A stretch of 57,460 bases of DNA. Origin: a virus. Shown one piece after another: positions 8,930-18,832 of this stretch (positions within the stretch are counted from its first letter, which is position 1; each line of letters opens with the position of its first letter). The stretch spans positions 1 to 57,460 of the IMG/VR virus record IMGVR_UViG_3300011271_000005, one strand, 5' to 3'. Below the pieces are notes generated by a model. That model made no database searches, was not told the DNA's origin, and saw only the letters and a list, made by a program, of their open reading frames with translations. The translations under genes were made by a program, and so were the position numbers.

Positions 8930-10174
8930 TTGGCCAATACATATCTCACTATCGACATGATTACGGCAGAGGCTGTCCGCCTTTTCAAAAATAGTAACCT
9001 ATTCGTCATGAATATGGATACTCAATACAGTAATGAGTTTGCTGTAGACGGTGCTAAGATTGGCGATACTCTCCGTATTCGCTTGCCTTCTGACTTCATC
9101 GTTACCAATGGTCCTGCTATGCAGTTGCAGGATAATATTCAACAGTTTACTCGTTTAAGTGTTTCTACTCAATTAAACGTTGCTACGCCTTATACTACTC
9201 ATGAACGTACTATGAGTATTGATAATTGGAATGAACTCACTGGCGCTCCAATGATTAATAACTTAGCCGGTAAGGTTGCTCTTACTGTAATGACTGGTTC
9301 TGAAGGTGGTGTGTGCAACTTCATTAGTAATGTTGATGGTGGTGGTAACATTATCACTCCTGTTTCTGATCAATTCTTACAAGCTAATGCTATCTTAGAT
9401 GATCAAGGAGCATCTATGATGGATAGACGCATTGTTAACCAACCTACTACTGATGCACGTACTACTACCGCATTGCAGGGTTTGCTGAATCCAGTTACGG
9501 AAATCTCTGCTCAATTTCGTTCTGGTATGATGAAGTCAGGACTTGGTTATGATCGTTGGTTCCGCGATCAAACTGTTATTACCCACACTTCAGGTACATA
9601 TAACGGTGCAGCTACTGTAAATGGTGGTAATCAGGTTACTGGTACAGGTGGTGGTAATATCACTGTTAACGCTATTGTCGGTACTTTCAGGAAAGGTGAT
9701 ATTATTACTTTTGGTGGTGTTAATGGTGTTAACCGCACGACTAAGCAATCTCAGGGAACTTTGCGTCAATTTGTTTTAACTGCTGATGTTGCTAATGGTG
9801 CAGTATCGCTTCCTATTTATCCCGGTTTGATTCCTTCTATTACCTTTGTTGCCGGTGGTCCTGATCAGCAATATCAGACTGTCGACGCTTCACCGCTAAA
9901 TGCTGCTACTATTACGATGGTTTCCAAGGCTAGCGAAGTCTATCGTAAGTCGATTGCCTATACTCAGAAGGCAGTCACGATGGCTACCGCTGACCTTGTG
10001 TTGCCCCGTAGGGCAATTGAGGAAGGTGCTAGGGCTAACTATGATGGCATCGCGATGCGTATCATTACCGACTACTTACCATTGTCGGATCAGTTGGCTA
10101 CTCGTGTTGACGTTCTATTCGGATTTTTATATATTCGACCTGAATGGTTATGTGTAGTTGCAGATAAGATCTGA
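8930..10174 (+). CDS. Major capsid protein (P22 coat-protein family)
   Basis: The N-terminus (M)ANTYLTIDMITAEAVRLFKNSNLF...YSNEFAVDGAKIGDTLRIRLP follows the pattern of the P22-coat family. It has a TTG start with an SD and follows the scaffold gene. Confidence 0.8.
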   Translation: MANTYLTIDMITAEAVRLFKNSNLFVMNMDTQYSNEFAVDGAKIGDTLRIRLPSDFIVTNGPAMQLQDNIQQFTRLSVSTQLNVATPYTTHERTMSIDNWNELTGAPMINNLAGKVALTVMTGSEGGVCNFISNVDGGGNIITPVSDQFLQANAILDDQGASMMDRRIVNQPTTDARTTTALQGLLNPVTEISAQFRSGMMKSGLGYDRWFRDQTVITHTSGTYNGAATVNGGNQVTGTGGGNITVNAIVGTFRKGDIITFGGVNGVNRTTKQSQGTLRQFVLTADVANGAVSLPIYPGLIPSITFVAGGPDQQYQTVDASPLNAATITMVSKASEVYRKSIAYTQKAVTMATADLVLPRRAIEEGARANYDGIAMRIITDYLPLSDQLATRVDVLFGFLYIRPEWLCVVADKI

Positions 10175-10193
10175 TGTAAATTTATATTTGACA

Positions 10194-10239
10194 TCTCTCC
10201 AAGTTTGGTGTACATGATGTATACTTTTTCTTGGAGAGA
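10194..10239 (+). promoter_or_regulatory. Hairpin that sequesters the SD of the downstream endonuclease gene
   Basis: Perfect 10-nt arms tctctccaag (10194..10203) and cttggagaga (10230..10239). The 3' arm contains ggagag and the A of ATG 10239. Confidence 0.45.
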
Positions 10240-10931
10240 TGAAAATGGGAAGACCTAGGATTGAAGGAATTTGTTCTACTAAAGATTGTCAAAATTCTAT
10301 TTATAGTAAAGGATTTTGCCAATATCATTATAATAGACACCGTTTAAACAATGATCCTGAAAAAGCTAAAGCTGGTTTAAGAGGCCATCCTCTTTATCAT
10401 CTTTGGTTTGAACGTAAACAAGCAAACTTACTTTGTTGGGAATGGACACATTTTCCATATTTTATAGATGGCGTTAGCCCTAAACCAGAAGGTGAATATT
10501 TTTTAGTTCGGTTAGACGCTACTAAATCTTTTAGTCCTGATAATTTTTTATGGCAATTGCATCTTAAGAGACAAGATGGAGAAAGTAAAAAAGATTGGTG
10601 GGCTAGAAAAAGAGCAGCTAGAGTTTTAGCTAATCCTTCTATGGACAGAGAACGAAATTATAAAAGATTTTTTGGTATTACTATAGAAATATATGAACAA
10701 AAATTTAAAAATCAAAATGGTAAATGTGCAATTTGTAGTGATGAAGAAACATCAGTTGATGGTAAAACAGGATCGATAAGAAGATTGGCTATAGATCATT
10801 GTCATAAATCAAAAGGAATACGAGAGTTACTTTGTTGGCGATGTAATAGCACTTTAGGTAACGTGAATGATGATATTAAACTTCTACATGAAATGATCAA
10901 TTATCTTATTAAACATAAGGAGACGGATTAA
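10239..10931 (+). CDS. Endonuclease VII / HNH-type nuclease (free-standing, after the MCP)
   Basis: The C-terminal string CAICSDEE...LAIDHCHKSKGIRELLCWRCNSTLG is typical of the recombination endonuclease VII fold. The N-terminal part is Cys/His-rich. Confidence 0.65.
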   Translation: MKMGRPRIEGICSTKDCQNSIYSKGFCQYHYNRHRLNNDPEKAKAGLRGHPLYHLWFERKQANLLCWEWTHFPYFIDGVSPKPEGEYFLVRLDATKSFSPDNFLWQLHLKRQDGESKKDWWARKRAARVLANPSMDRERNYKRFFGITIEIYEQKFKNQNGKCAICSDEETSVDGKTGSIRRLAIDHCHKSKGIRELLCWRCNSTLGNVNDDIKLLHEMINYLIKHKETD

Positions 10932-11338
10932 TGTCATTTGAATCTATGGAAGATAAACATGTTCCACCGACATTTCAGCAAGCTACTGCTTCTGCTATGC
11001 CACAATTTGTCAAGAACTTTCAAGCTTATGATGTCGGTAATCCGCATCCCGGTTATGGTACTGACCCAAACATCTTAAATTGTTATGGTCATACCAAATA
11101 TCCTATGTGGGTTACTAAACCCAATCAAGAACAAGTAATTGTTAATAATGAAGATGAAGAAAATGCGACTTTAGGAAAAGAACCTGCTGCATTGCGTGAA
11201 GATGGTCCTACGGTAGAAGAGTATGCTTCTGCTGGTTATAAAGCAGTAAATTATCCTCCAAAGGGATATGCTTCAAAAAGCAGCGATGAAGAAATTAAGG
11301 CTGCTATTGATAAGCAAACTCCTAAGAGTGGATGGTAG
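10931..11338 (+). CDS. Hypothetical protein (135 aa)
   Basis: SD ggaga is followed by ATG. The start overlaps the upstream stop (TAATG). Confidence 0.55.
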   Translation: MSFESMEDKHVPPTFQQATASAMPQFVKNFQAYDVGNPHPGYGTDPNILNCYGHTKYPMWVTKPNQEQVIVNNEDEENATLGKEPAALREDGPTVEEYASAGYKAVNYPPKGYASKSSDEEIKAAIDKQTPKSGW

Positions 11339-11339
11339 T

Positions 11340-11555
11340 TTATTTAATTCTTTCTAAACAACATTCAGGAATTGATACAGCTTGATGAATAAAATCACTA
11401 GTAACATAAACTTCATCAAGCAATACAATATAGCAGTCAACGATATGCCTTGTAGCAACTCCTATGATAGTTCCTTCACGTTCATTAAGTGGATTAAAAC
11501 CAAGCTTTACAAGTTTAACTCTATCGTTTGTTTGCAGATTAAGTTTGTTGAACAT
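11340..11555 (-). CDS. Hypothetical protein (71 aa), the only antisense gene inside the late block
   Basis: It has SD gggag and its own consensus promoter (see 11582..11610). Confidence 0.6.
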   Translation of the reverse strand: MFNKLNLQTNDRVKLVKLGFNPLNEREGTIIGVATRHIVDCYIVLLDEVYVTSDFIHQAVSIPECCLERIK

Positions 11556-11581
11556 TTTAAACTCCCTGAGTTGATAGTGTC

Positions 11582-11610
11582 AATATAAATGGTTCTAACC
11601 ACTGTGTCAA
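11582..11610 (-). promoter_or_regulatory. Sigma70-type promoter for the antisense 71-aa gene
   Basis: On the minus strand the sequence reads TTGACA (11610..11605), a 17-nt spacer, then TATATT (11587..11582). Confidence 0.6.
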
Positions 11611-11629
11611 CTAATAAAATGAGATAATT

Positions 11630-12634
11630 GTGGGAATAACTTCTGAAACTGCACGCGGTATATGTACAATGGCCTTAAAAGAGGCTGGTGTACTTGGAGT
11701 TGGCCAAACAGCGTTATCAGAAGATATAAATGATACATTCACATTATTAAACAGAATGATGGCAACTTGGCAGCGTAAAAGATGGGTTGTCCCATCGCTT
11801 TATGATATTGCTGCTATTGTGAATGGATTGAAATCTAATCCTATTGGTCCAGGTCAATTTTGGAATGCGCAACGTCCTGATAAGATACAAGCCGCTTATT
11901 TTATTCAAAATATACCGGGTAGTTTATCTAGTAATGCAAACGCCGTTAGCTTTCCGCTCATACCTATATTTAGTTATGAAAATTATGCTGCTCTTGCTCT
12001 TAAACAATTACCATCATGGCCGCAATATTTCTTTTATGACAATCAATTTCCTGTCGGCAATGTTTATATTTGGCCTATTCCTGATGCAACTTATGAAGTT
12101 CATTTAATTTTAAAAAGTCCTATTGGATTTACAATTGAATTACAAACTGGTATTATTAGTACAGCTGGTCAATTATATACTAATGGTGTTTATGTCGCAG
12201 TCCCTTTAATCAATCTTACTGGCTTTGGATCAGGAGCGACAGCAAATATTACTGTAACTAGTAATAAAGTTACTGGTGTTGTAATTGATAATCCGGGCGA
12301 TGGCTATAAAATAAATGATCAATTAACAGCAACAGCAGCTAGTATCGGTGGTACCGGTAACGGATTTATTTATACTGTGACTGATGTTACAGATGATTTA
12401 AATGCAGTAATGAATATGCCTCCTGAATATGCTGAAGCGATTCATTATAATTTAACACTTCGTGTTATGAGTATGTATAATTATCCTGCTGATCCATTTA
12501 GATCAGCATTAGCTAAAGGTGCTCTTAACACAATACGTGTTGCAAATGCTCAAATACCAACATTATCTATACCAGCAGCATTAAGGAATGTTCGTGGTAG
12601 TAATTTCTATATATTTAATGCGGATGCGAGATAG
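11630..12634 (+). CDS. Head-completion / tail adaptor protein (P22 gp4-like N-terminal domain plus extra C-terminal domain)
   Basis: ALKEAGVLGVGQTALSEDINDTFTLLNRMMATWQ parallels the P22 gp4 N-terminus (ALRKLGV...DAVDDLEAMMAEW). It has a GTG start. Confidence 0.55.
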   Translation: MGITSETARGICTMALKEAGVLGVGQTALSEDINDTFTLLNRMMATWQRKRWVVPSLYDIAAIVNGLKSNPIGPGQFWNAQRPDKIQAAYFIQNIPGSLSSNANAVSFPLIPIFSYENYAALALKQLPSWPQYFFYDNQFPVGNVYIWPIPDATYEVHLILKSPIGFTIELQTGIISTAGQLYTNGVYVAVPLINLTGFGSGATANITVTSNKVTGVVIDNPGDGYKINDQLTATAASIGGTGNGFIYTVTDVTDDLNAVMNMPPEYAEAIHYNLTLRVMSMYNYPADPFRSALAKGALNTIRVANAQIPTLSIPAALRNVRGSNFYIFNADAR

Positions 12635-12645
12635 GTATATAAATA

Positions 12646-14130
12646 ATGCCTCGTGTTAATTTAGTCGGTTCTGGTTATGCTGGTAAAAGCATTATTGCAA
12701 GTGGACAAGAGACTGTTAACCTTTACGGCGAAGTAAATAGTGCTGATCCTGAAAGTCCTGCTCCTGTAACTTATTATCCTACCCCAGGTACTGATTTATA
12801 CGCTACACCGATTCCTGCAAATTTAAATAAAGTTAGGGCTGAATATAGAACAAGTAGAGGTACAGCTTATTGTGTGATTGGTTCTACTGTTTATATTGTT
12901 ACCGCTATTGGTACATTAATTGTTGTAGGCACAATCGCAAATCTTCCAAGTCAAATATATTTTTCAGATAATGGTCTAGCTGCTGTATTAGTTGATGGTA
13001 CAAATGGTTATGCTATCGATCTTACTACTAATGCGATTGGTCAAATAACCGATCCTAATTTTTATAGTGCTGATTATGTAACACTTTTAGATACTTTTTT
13101 TATATTTAATAGGTCAGGTACGAATCAATTTTTTATTACAGGATCAAATGTTACTTTTACTATGCTTACTACTACCGGAGCATTTGATCCATTAGATATT
13201 GCTGCTAAATCTGGTTTCAGTGATCCTATTGTGGGCATAGTGACCGTTCATCGCGAGCTTGTATTAATTGGACTTCTTACAACTGAAATTTGGATTGGTA
13301 CTGGCGCTGCTGATTTCTTTTTTCAAGAGGTTCAAGGTACTTATGTCAATCATGGTTGTGCTGCTCAGTATTCAATAGCTACACAAGACGTATTAGCATT
13401 TTTCTTACAACAAGATTTACAAGGTAATTGTCTAGTTCTCCAATTACAAGGTTATGATGTTACTGAAATTTCAACACCTCGTATTGTTTCTGAATTTAGA
13501 AAATATGCTACTATTTCTGATGCTATTGGTTTTTGCTTTCAATTAGAAGATCATTCTTATTATGCTATAGTATTTCCAACTGCAAATAAAGGTTGGCTTT
13601 ATGATCTTACAACTAGTGCTAAATTAGGTTTTCCTTTTTGGTCAGAATGGAATTGTACTGATATTAATGGAAATTTAATTAGACCTCGTGCTAATTGTGT
13701 AATGTTTTTTAATAATTTAAATTTAGTTGGTGATTATGAAAATGGAAATATTTTAGAATTAGATATCGATGTTAATACTGATGTAACAACAAATGACGGT
13801 CTATTGCCAATAACCAGAATAAAAACTTTTCCTCATATGCTAGAAAATAATGATCGTGTTACTTATGATCAGTTTCAATGCGATATGGAAGTAGGTACTT
13901 CACAACCTGATGATGATCCACAGATTTCTTTAAGTTGGTCTGATGATAAAGGTAGAACTTATGGAAATCCAGTAATGCAAACATTAGGACAAATAGGAGA
14001 TTATAAAGCTGTTCCATCTTGGAATAGATTAGGAATGGCAAGAGATCGTATTTTTAAATTGAGTTGGTCAAGTAATGTGGTGACTGCTTTAAATGGTGCA
14101 TTCGTTGATCATAGGCCGTCTAGATCATGA
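12646..14130 (+). CDS. Tail hub protein (P22 gp10-like)
   Basis: 494 aa, directly after the gp4-like gene as in P22. Its size and beta-rich composition fit. Confidence 0.5.
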   Translation: MPRVNLVGSGYAGKSIIASGQETVNLYGEVNSADPESPAPVTYYPTPGTDLYATPIPANLNKVRAEYRTSRGTAYCVIGSTVYIVTAIGTLIVVGTIANLPSQIYFSDNGLAAVLVDGTNGYAIDLTTNAIGQITDPNFYSADYVTLLDTFFIFNRSGTNQFFITGSNVTFTMLTTTGAFDPLDIAAKSGFSDPIVGIVTVHRELVLIGLLTTEIWIGTGAADFFFQEVQGTYVNHGCAAQYSIATQDVLAFFLQQDLQGNCLVLQLQGYDVTEISTPRIVSEFRKYATISDAIGFCFQLEDHSYYAIVFPTANKGWLYDLTTSAKLGFPFWSEWNCTDINGNLIRPRANCVMFFNNLNLVGDYENGNILELDIDVNTDVTTNDGLLPITRIKTFPHMLENNDRVTYDQFQCDMEVGTSQPDDDPQISLSWSDDKGRTYGNPVMQTLGQIGDYKAVPSWNRLGMARDRIFKLSWSSNVVTALNGAFVDHRPSRS

Positions 14131-14438
14131 GTAATACTCGCCCAGTTGCTAATACTGATGCTCCTATAGTTGATATTAAAACAGGTAGACTAATTTCACC
14201 TTGGATACAATTCTTTCAACAGTTTGTTCAAAAAGCACCTAAAGTAGTCGATGTTAGTTCTTTATCTCCATATACAGCTAATCAGTTAGGTACATTAATA
14301 ACTACTAATGGAGCAACTGTTCATTTAATTAGAGGAAATATTACTATTATTTTAGGTGCTGGAACATTTATAATTCCGATTAATATTGGTGATACTGTTT
14401 CATGGACTTCTGGTACATTTAAATTTTTGGGGAGTTGA
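14127..14438 (+). CDS. Hypothetical virion protein (103 aa)
   Basis: Track ORF with an ATGA overlap with the upstream gene. Confidence 0.5.
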   Translation: MSNTRPVANTDAPIVDIKTGRLISPWIQFFQQFVQKAPKVVDVSSLSPYTANQLGTLITTNGATVHLIRGNITIILGAGTFIIPINIGDTVSWTSGTFKFLGS

Positions 14439-14439
14439 T

Positions 14440-14883
14440 ATGGAATTAGCAATATCTAAATTAACTCAACGTGATAAAGTATTTATATTTGAATCATGGA
14501 TGAAACAACAGCCACAACTTGATTTAAAAGTAAATCATTATTTTTCTCATGGTGTTTATGCAAGAGAGCTTTTAATTCCTGCTGATACTATTTTAACTGG
14601 CGAAATACATAAATTTACTAATTTAAACATTCTAATTAAAGGTAAAATTAAAGTTTCTATTGGTGATGAAATAGAAATAATCGAAGCTCCATTTATTATT
14701 GTATCACCAGCAGGAACAAAACGAATTGCCCACACAATTACAGATTGTGTATGGATAACAATTCACGGAACGCATGAAACACATGTTGACAAAATTAAAG
14801 AAATATTCATAGCTGATTCTGAAAAAGATTGGCTAAAGTTTTCAAACATTAATCAATTGGAGTTACCGCTTTGGCCTGGGTAG
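14440..14883 (+). CDS. Cupin-fold-like protein (147 aa)
   Basis: Internal ATG 14440 (MELAISK) follows ggggag. The HYFSHGVYARE...G.IH...NIL.KG string resembles a small beta-barrel (cupin). Confidence 0.45.
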   Translation: MELAISKLTQRDKVFIFESWMKQQPQLDLKVNHYFSHGVYARELLIPADTILTGEIHKFTNLNILIKGKIKVSIGDEIEIIEAPFIIVSPAGTKRIAHTITDCVWITIHGTHETHVDKIKEIFIADSEKDWLKFSNINQLELPLWPG

Positions 14884-15566
14884 CGACTGCTATTATTGGC
14901 GCTGGTGTAGTTGGGGCTGCTGGTACAGCTTATGCTGCTAGTAAAGCTTCTGATGCTCAACAGCAAGCTGCTGCTACTGCTGCTAATACTCAATTATCAA
15001 TGTATAATCAGACAAATGCTAATCTTGCACCATATCGCAATATTGGCGGTACTGCTGCAACTCAATTAACTGCTCAACTCCCTGATTTAACTAAACCTAT
15101 TAGTGTTAATCCGCAAGACTTTTTAAATAGTGACCAATATAAATTCTTGCAAACTCAAGGAGAAAGAGCAGTCACTAATTCATCTGCTGCTAGAGGATTA
15201 GGAACATCAGGAGCAGCGTTAAAAGGTGCCGTTGCTTTTGAAAGTGGTTTAAATGCTCAACAATATCAACAGAATTTTCAAAATCAAGTTACTAATCAAA
15301 CAAACGCTTATAATCGTCTTAAGGGATTAGTTGATACTGGTGAAAATGCTGCTGCTCAAACTGGTAATGCTGCTACCGCGACAGGTCAAGGAGTTGCTGC
15401 TTCTCAGACTGCCGCTGGTAATGCGCAAGCCGCTGGTTATAACGCTGCTGGTACAGCAGTAAGTAATGCTGCTAGTAGTGTACCTAGCGCTTTTCTTACT
15501 GCTGGATTATATGGTAAAATGACTGGTAGTGGATCAACTGGTTTACCATTAGCTACAGGAACTTAA
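14871..15566 (+). CDS. Internal virion / ejection-like protein with an N-terminal TM helix
   Basis: TTG start 6 nt after ggag. The N-terminus is WVATAIIGAGVVGAAGTAYAA and the rest is Ala/Gln/Asn-rich. Its position corresponds to P22 gp7/gp20/gp16. Confidence 0.5.
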   Translation: MAWVATAIIGAGVVGAAGTAYAASKASDAQQQAAATAANTQLSMYNQTNANLAPYRNIGGTAATQLTAQLPDLTKPISVNPQDFLNSDQYKFLQTQGERAVTNSSAARGLGTSGAALKGAVAFESGLNAQQYQQNFQNQVTNQTNAYNRLKGLVDTGENAAAQTGNAATATGQGVAASQTAAGNAQAAGYNAAGTAVSNAASSVPSAFLTAGLYGKMTGSGSTGLPLATGT

Positions 15567-15567
15567 T

Positions 15568-16902
15568 ATGGCTGGTTTAGATGTTGATACTTCATCGTAT
15601 CCACGTCCTGTAGCGCCTCCTAATGCGCTAGATACGATGGGTAAGGTTATTGATATTCAGCGTGGGCAACAAGGATTACAAAGTAATGCGTTAACTATCG
15701 ATAAACAAAAGCTTGATTTAGTTAATCAGAGATATGGCGAATTCGTTAAAACACTAACTGGATTAAGAAATGATCCTGATTTAAATGAAGATAAATTAAG
15801 AAATTGGGCACAAACACAAGTAAAATTAGGTTATGTTACTCCTGAAATGGCTGGTCAATTTATTAATCAATTACCGCCAACACAAGGAATGAAACCAGAT
15901 GAATCTAGGAAAGCATTAATAGGTAATATTGATACCAATCTAACTCATGCCGCAACACTTAAAGAAGCAATAGATTATCATTCTGGTCAACAACAGGGAT
16001 TAGATACAGGAGCAGCTATTCAACCTGTAGCAGTTAGTCCTAAATTCGGTATTGGCTCAACTGGTTTACCGATACAAAAACAACCGGCTCCGGGGACTAC
16101 TGGTGTTGATGTTAATAATAATCCAGCGTTTCAACCTCCTGTTCCTAATGCTGTTAATATGCCTCCTGCTGCTCCGGGTTCTGTTAATTTACCTATGGCT
16201 GGCAGACCTGCCCTATCACCTGTTGTACGTTCTCCCATAGTTCAACAATTTCCTGCGCAGCCAGTACCTCAACCTCAATCATTTACTCCCGGCCCTCCTG
16301 TCAATTATTCAGAAGGCCAAAAAGCCTATAATGAGGATCAGGCTCTAGCTACACAAAAGCTTACGGCTATTAAACCTGCGCTCTTGGCTTTAGATAAAAT
16401 TCCTGATTTGAGATCAGGACCGGGAACTAAACTTTGGAATGATGCTGTTGCAGGATTAAAAGCTAATGGCATTGTTTCAATAAGTACTAAAGATGATCCT
16501 ACAGCAGTGTATCAAGAGGTTAATAAATATCTTCACCAATATTTAAAAGGTCGTGGCGGTCGTTCTGATGCTGATTTAGCTGCTGCTGAAGAAAGTAGTC
16601 CTAACCCTGGTACTCAAATTAATCCAGCGTTATTAAAACTTACTCAAACTGCCGTAGCTCAAGATCGTATTGAAGCAGCAAGAGCGAATGCTTTTAAAGG
16701 TGCTGATTATCAAAATTATAATAAACATCGTTCAACATTTCCTGCTGCTATGGATGAAAGAGCATTTATTGTTGATAAAATGACACCAGAACAAAAGCAA
16801 GATTTGGCTAAAGAAATTCAAAAAATGAAGCCTGCTGAAAAGCAAAGATTTATGAAATCATTACGCACTTATGAAGAAACTGGCGTAGGTGCTCAACAAT
16901 GA
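15568..16902 (+). CDS. Internal virion / ejection-like protein (444 aa)
   Basis: It has a Pro/Gln-rich centre. The call rests on its position between the hub and the fibre. Confidence 0.45.
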   Translation: MAGLDVDTSSYPRPVAPPNALDTMGKVIDIQRGQQGLQSNALTIDKQKLDLVNQRYGEFVKTLTGLRNDPDLNEDKLRNWAQTQVKLGYVTPEMAGQFINQLPPTQGMKPDESRKALIGNIDTNLTHAATLKEAIDYHSGQQQGLDTGAAIQPVAVSPKFGIGSTGLPIQKQPAPGTTGVDVNNNPAFQPPVPNAVNMPPAAPGSVNLPMAGRPALSPVVRSPIVQQFPAQPVPQPQSFTPGPPVNYSEGQKAYNEDQALATQKLTAIKPALLALDKIPDLRSGPGTKLWNDAVAGLKANGIVSISTKDDPTAVYQEVNKYLHQYLKGRGGRSDADLAAAEESSPNPGTQINPALLKLTQTAVAQDRIEAARANAFKGADYQNYNKHRSTFPAAMDERAFIVDKMTPEQKQDLAKEIQKMKPAEKQRFMKSLRTYEETGVGAQQ

Positions 16903-18728
16903 ATGATGAAGATATTTTAGATAAATATGATTTATTACCTAAGTCTAATGTTCCTAAAAAAGCAATGATTGAAAGTGATGAACTGTTATCTAAATATGGT
17001 CTTACTCCATCTGAAGAAGTACCAGTTTCTAAAGATCAAAAATGGTGGCAAGGATTAAATGCAGATACTTCGTATGAAGGCGTTGCTAAGCGTTTCGGTA
17101 TTGGTATTGCTCGCGGCGCAAAAGATGTTTTAGATACAGGTGCTCATGATTTAGCTAGTGCTACTTCATATGTAGCTAATAAAATATTACCTGAAAATAT
17201 TGCTAGTAAAATTAGTCAAAATGCTGAAGCTACTAAGTCTGAAGATATCGCAGGACAAAAAGCGATAACTCAAGAATATGAAAATTCTCCTGCTTTTAAT
17301 ATCGGTCGTCCAGTTGGTCAAATAGCCGCTACTTTACCTATCATGCCCACAAGTGCTATGACTGGAATTGCAACAGCAGCTAAAGCCTTGCCCACAATTA
17401 ATGCTGCTGGTGTTAAAGTTGTTGCTCCATTTGTAAATAGAGCCATTGCTGCTAGTGGTCAAGGTGCGTTAGGTGGTGCTATTGTTGGTGGAGCAACTTC
17501 ATCAGTAAATGATAAATCTTTAGCTGAAAATGTCGGTGAAGGTGCTTTAACTGGAGCAATTGCCGGACCCGCTCTTACTGCTGCAACTAGTGTGGGCAAA
17601 GGTATTAGTAGAACTTTGCTTAATTCTATTTCTCCTGAAAGGGCAGCGTTAGCTCAAAAAGCTGCTCAACACGGTATTGATTTAGATGCAAGTCAAGTTT
17701 CTGAAAGTCCATTATTTAAAAAATATAATCAAGTTAGTGGTTGGTTACCATTTTCAGGAGCACAAAAAGCATCTGATAAACAAATAGGACAATTTACTAA
17801 AGCTGTGTCAAATACATTTGGTGAAAATGCAGAAAATATTACACCTAAAGTTATTCAATCAGCTAAGAAACGTATTGGTAGCGATTACGATACTGTAGCA
17901 GCTAATACTAAAATAAATGCTGATAATCAATTAGTACAAGATTTATCTAAAGTTTATCATCAAGCTGATTTAATGTTAACTCCTGATCAGTTTAAAGTTT
18001 TTCAAAAACAATTAATGAATGTTACTGGAAAATTTGCTAATGGTGAAATGCCCGGTGAAGTTTGGCAAGGTTTGCGTAAGACTACCGAACCATTAAGCTC
18101 TATTGCAAATTCTAATAAGAATACAACTCTTGGACAATCAGTAAAAGCTTTAAAAGTTGCAGTAGATAGTGCTTTTAATCGTTCTGCTCCACAAGATATG
18201 CAGTCATTATTAAATCAAGCTAATAATCAATATAAAGCTTTAAAAACAATAGAAAAGCTTGCTAATAGTAGTGATGAAGGTCAAGTTAGTCCATTACGAT
18301 TAATGCAAAAAGTAGTAGCTAATCCTTATGGCGGGAAGTTAGCATCTGGAAAATTAGGTGAATTAGCAGATATAGGAAAAGCTTTCTTTCCAACACCAGC
18401 AGATAGTGGGACACCATTAGGTGAAATAGTTGCTAATAAAGTTGGAAGTGCTGTAGCAACTCCTATTAGTGCTGGACTTGCAGGTGTACACGCTTTAGCT
18501 AGTGGTGGTTTTGTATTACCAACTGCTGAAGCAGCAGGAGGTGTAGTTTTAAATAGAGTTTTAAGAAGTTCTGCTAATTCTAATGTTGTAAAAAATGCTA
18601 TTATTAAAAAAGGTTTAGGCTCTAATTATGGGTTTTTAGATCAAGCCGCAGAAAAAGCTGTTCCATATTCTTCACTTATGTTAAAGAAGCGTGAAAATTC
18701 TAATCGACTTCCCATCCAATCAGAGTAA
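16899..18728 (+). CDS. Internal virion / ejection-like protein (609 aa)
   Basis: ATGA overlap with the upstream gene. It contains Gly/Ala-rich hydrophobic stretches (GALGGAIVGGATSS). The call is positional. Confidence 0.45.
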   Translation: MNDEDILDKYDLLPKSNVPKKAMIESDELLSKYGLTPSEEVPVSKDQKWWQGLNADTSYEGVAKRFGIGIARGAKDVLDTGAHDLASATSYVANKILPENIASKISQNAEATKSEDIAGQKAITQEYENSPAFNIGRPVGQIAATLPIMPTSAMTGIATAAKALPTINAAGVKVVAPFVNRAIAASGQGALGGAIVGGATSSVNDKSLAENVGEGALTGAIAGPALTAATSVGKGISRTLLNSISPERAALAQKAAQHGIDLDASQVSESPLFKKYNQVSGWLPFSGAQKASDKQIGQFTKAVSNTFGENAENITPKVIQSAKKRIGSDYDTVAANTKINADNQLVQDLSKVYHQADLMLTPDQFKVFQKQLMNVTGKFANGEMPGEVWQGLRKTTEPLSSIANSNKNTTLGQSVKALKVAVDSAFNRSAPQDMQSLLNQANNQYKALKTIEKLANSSDEGQVSPLRLMQKVVANPYGGKLASGKLGELADIGKAFFPTPADSGTPLGEIVANKVGSAVATPISAGLAGVHALASGGFVLPTAEAAGGVVLNRVLRSSANSNVVKNAIIKKGLGSNYGFLDQAAEKAVPYSSLMLKKRENSNRLPIQSE

Positions 18729-18832
18729 AAATTAAACCTCTTAAGAATCCTATTATACAAATAATTATTATAAATTTAAAATCAATATGATTTTGAAATA
18801 TTATACAAACTGCTAACCAAGTGATCCAAAAC

